NCBI GenBank assembly: GCA_965649265.1
Contig: CBFGKC010000014.1
Location: 244 to 38,084, forward strand
Direction: 5' to 3'
DNA: 37,841 nt
DNA from: a candidate division WOR-3 bacterium
GTDB lineage: Bacteria > Hydrothermota > Tepidihabitantia > B3-TA06
Below are positions 35,736 to 37,841 of the stretch, one piece after another (within the stretch, counting starts at the first letter, position 1; each line of letters begins with the position of its first letter). The position numbers and the translations under genes were made by a program. Under the pieces are notes generated by a model that saw only the letters and a list, made by a program, of their open reading frames with translations, made no database searches and was not told the DNA's origin.

Positions 35736-35835
35736 AACAAAAACGGCCCCTGCCTTTCGGACTTGTCCGTTGGCTAATGAGGCCGTGAGAGATAATATAT
35801 CTTAATTATACAGACGAACAAAGGGCCGTTTTGTT
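35736..35835 (-). promoter_or_regulatory. Structured leader or attenuator-like element upstream of the ICMT operon
   Basis: GGGGCCGTTTTTGTT (35750-35736) can pair with either 35835-35823 or 35786-35779. Confidence 0.35.
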
Positions 35836-35840
35836 GCATC

Positions 35841-35874
35841 CCCCGTAACACCCCGTAACACCCCGTAACACACC
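35841..35874 (+). repeat. Tandem (CCCCGTAACA)x3 plus CACC
   Basis: Direct reading; near reverse complement of 32301-32333. Confidence 0.9.
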
Positions 35875-36061
35875 CTCCTCCCTCCTCACCTTGAAATTTC
35901 CCCACCTTGACGAAGGGAAGCTAACGCCTCTCCCGGGGTGCCCTGACATACTTTATGTAGTCGGCAAGCGGCATTCCACCGACGTCGATGCTTTCGTCCT
36001 CGAACGCCTTGGTTCCTCGTAAGTGAGTACCGGCATTGTTTCTTCTTTAGTCCGTGAAATT

Positions 36062-36265
36062 TTAATAGCTTCTAGTCGACGAAACCTTTCCGTTCCTCTT
36101 GTGGATCTTGAGCATGGAAGGCTTTTGCCTGCGCACTATCTTCGCCGACACTTTGAGCGCCTTAGCCTTTGTCTGGAACACTCGCAAAGCCTTTTCGGCG
36201 CTTGCCCCTTTCAGCCGCCACATTTTTCTCCTGTATTCGAGATGGTAAACCTTGGGTCCGGGCAT
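36062..36265 (-). CDS. DUF2188 domain small basic protein
   Basis: VYH...W..K....KA...F.TK..A......L.IH.RNG.....SY pattern; AAGGAGG SD. Confidence 0.8.
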   Translation of the reverse strand: MPGPKVYHLEYRRKMWRLKGASAEKALRVFQTKAKALKVSAKIVRRQKPSMLKIHKRNGKVSSTRSY

Positions 36266-36285
36266 AGTGCCTCCTTGGTTAGCAA

Positions 36286-36313
36286 AGCATAGGGGAGGAG
36301 GGGGGAAAGTCAA
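36286..36313 (-). promoter_or_regulatory. sigma70-type promoter TTGACT-N16-TATGCT
   Basis: Upstream of DUF2188; the spacer is all pyrimidine. Confidence 0.6.
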
Positions 36314-36399
36314 TATAGTTCCCCCTCCTTGATGGAGGGGGGAGGGGGACCACTCCTCTTCAAATAAAAATGTCGTTGCGAGGCTTTTCCGAAAAGTAA

Positions 36400-36465
36400 G
36401 TAGGGGCTGACCTTCAGGTCAGCCCGCAAATAATAAACCGGGCCTACTTGAAAGTCGGCCCCTAC
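36400..36465. repeat. GTAG-family REP doublet (REPIN-like)
   Basis: GTAG-GGGCTGACCT-TC-AGGTCAGCCC plus an inverted diverged copy ending GGCCCCTAC. Confidence 0.75.
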
Positions 36466-36532
36466 GTTTCTTACGTCAGAAACGAGTCGAATTGGCTAAA
36501 GGGCAATCTCCTAAAAGTTTCTGAGGAGGGCT

Positions 36533-37738
36533 TTAGTTGGGCTCCTTGCGGATGAACGTGAACTGCGCGTTAAAATGGGGGGTGGGGAAGGTTTCCCAGC
36601 ATATACCGCCCGTGTCCCCGGGATCGAAAATGTAGAGGTACCTGAAATTTGCGGTCTGACCGTAGCCGCCGCACGCGCGGGCGTGCCCTTCAATGCAGCT
36701 CATGAAAGGCCGGCGGTTGTCAATTTCACCCGTGCAGACTTTCCAGTCCTCGGTTGTCAGCATCGTGCACGAGAAAAGATTGTGTGTCAGAAGCTGCATC
36801 CCGGGCGGGATGTTCTTGGGATCGGTTCCCTGGCCGTCGCATTTCATCGCCCTGGCTATATCGTCCTGCGAGTAGCAGTAGCGCCAGTAGCATAAGAGCA
36901 TCTGTCCCGACGTGGGCGCGCACGTCCACAGTTTTTCCTGGTAATGCCTGCAGAAGCTCAGGCACTGCTGGCAGTGATAATGGTCAAGGTCGCTGTGGCA
37001 GCAGAAGGTGACGACCTTTTGCTGAGCGGGATCGAACACCTTTCTCAAGACCTCAAGACGCTTGCGGGCTGCAAGGCGGTAGTAATTGGCCTCTTTCAGA
37101 TTTTTTTGAGCCTGGAAGAATTCCTTGATTGAGGTGTGAACTCGTTCCCACTCTTTCGGATTCATGGCGTAGTCGGTTTTTGAAAAGGTTCCCAGCAGGG
37201 AGTACACCGCCTGACCCAGATTAATGCCTCCGGGTTTTGTGGGCACGAGTACCTGATGCTCGATGTCGAGAAGGATGGACACATCATTCCCGCCTCCAGG
37301 AGCGCGAAGCAGGGCCAGAAGTCCCAGCTTGGGATAACGGTAGCAGACCAGGCGAACGTTCGCAACAACGTGTTTGGGATATTGTTCGTGCGCCAGTCTG
37401 CGCAAGGTTTTTCTCGCCTCTTCGGTATTCCACAGGGGAGGGGTGACGTGCATGCTTATTACCGGGGTTCCGTACACCCTGTTTGCCGCAACGCGAATGA
37501 AGCCGACCCGTTCACGAATTCTTACCGGGAAATCGTAAAAGAGTGCGGGCCCGGTAAGGTCATAGACTATTCGTGGTGTTCCGGCAATCCGCGCGTGTTC
37601 CCAGCCTAAAAAACCGCGCATGTTCGCTCCCACCCCCATGTACAAAGCGTACAGGGCGTGCATCCTGGCGTCGTCCGCGCTTATATTCAAGCCCGGTAAT
37701 TCAGCCGTTTTTCGAGTATCGTCATCCATGATTGACAT
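36533..37738 (-). CDS. Protein with C-terminal papain-like C39-family peptidase domain
   Basis: Q....C.PTS..M...YW, SQ..IA, GHAR...GY, YIFDP give a Cys-His-Asp triad; AAGGAGG SD. Confidence 0.7.
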   Translation of the reverse strand: MSIMDDDTRKTAELPGLNISADDARMHALYALYMGVGANMRGFLGWEHARIAGTPRIVYDLTGPALFYDFPVRIRERVGFIRVAANRVYGTPVISMHVTPPLWNTEEARKTLRRLAHEQYPKHVVANVRLVCYRYPKLGLLALLRAPGGGNDVSILLDIEHQVLVPTKPGGINLGQAVYSLLGTFSKTDYAMNPKEWERVHTSIKEFFQAQKNLKEANYYRLAARKRLEVLRKVFDPAQQKVVTFCCHSDLDHYHCQQCLSFCRHYQEKLWTCAPTSGQMLLCYWRYCYSQDDIARAMKCDGQGTDPKNIPPGMQLLTHNLFSCTMLTTEDWKVCTGEIDNRRPFMSCIEGHARACGGYGQTANFRYLYIFDPGDTGGICWETFPTPHFNAQFTFIRKEPN

Positions 37739-37785
37739 TTCTTACCTCCTTGGTTGTATCTGTTAAATGACTAGAACCTTGTCAG

Positions 37786-37814
37786 ACTATAAATAAAAAA
37801 CACTATATTGTCAA
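37786..37814 (-). promoter_or_regulatory. sigma70-type promoter TTGACA-N17-TATAGT
   Basis: Upstream of the peptidase gene; the only 17-bp spacer found. Confidence 0.6.
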
Positions 37815-37841
37815 TGTATTGAAAAGCGAGATCAGTTCCGT

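Noticed and set aside
32125-35874. Integron attC sites or cassette array (TAAC...GTTA ends)
   Set aside because: Ends do not fit RYYYAAC/GTTRRRY, the enclosed genes overlap with no sites between them, and there is no integrase
286-37609. Numerous antisense or alternate-frame ORFs (e.g. 13292-13954, 14645-15217, 22503-23147, 24160-24843, 32205-32492)
   Set aside because: Shadows of well-supported genes or repeats, with no motifs or translation signals

Overview
Bacterial chromosomal window, probably from an anaerobic diderm candidate-phylum organism (inferred from OmpA, an LpxH-like hydrolase and a PorV/FadL-like barrel alongside archaeal-type metabolic genes). It is dominated by a 15-kb, ~19-gene operon (3645-18710) for an Mrp-coupled group-4 energy-converting [NiFe]-hydrogenase. 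This has three antiporter-like subunits and an unusual electron-input module: HydB/AsrA-like, HydG/AsrB-like NAD(P)H-flavoprotein, a non-catalytic FdhA/NuoG-like protein and a HycB-like polyferredoxin. The rest encodes an RsbR-like STAS protein, two GNATs, a barrel-TPR protein, a 2TM-NatAB-like ABC exporter, OmpA, stomatin plus a tandem wHTH protein, a GGR-like reductase, an adenosine-specific kinase, BioY, a nitroreductase, four tandem ICMT/PEMT-like methyltransferases, DUF2188 and a C39-like peptidase. Non-coding highlights: 15 of 16 gene-associated sigma70-type promoters have an exact 16-bp spacer and six appear to give leaderless mRNAs. There is also an orphan promoter in front of a rod-like hairpin (candidate sRNA), a 99-bp tandem duplication and GTAACAC inverted repeats bracketing the methyltransferase block. 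A GCCCTCCTC repeat family invades coding sequences, and a GTAG REP doublet is present. No rRNA, tRNA, CRISPR, transposase or integrase was seen.
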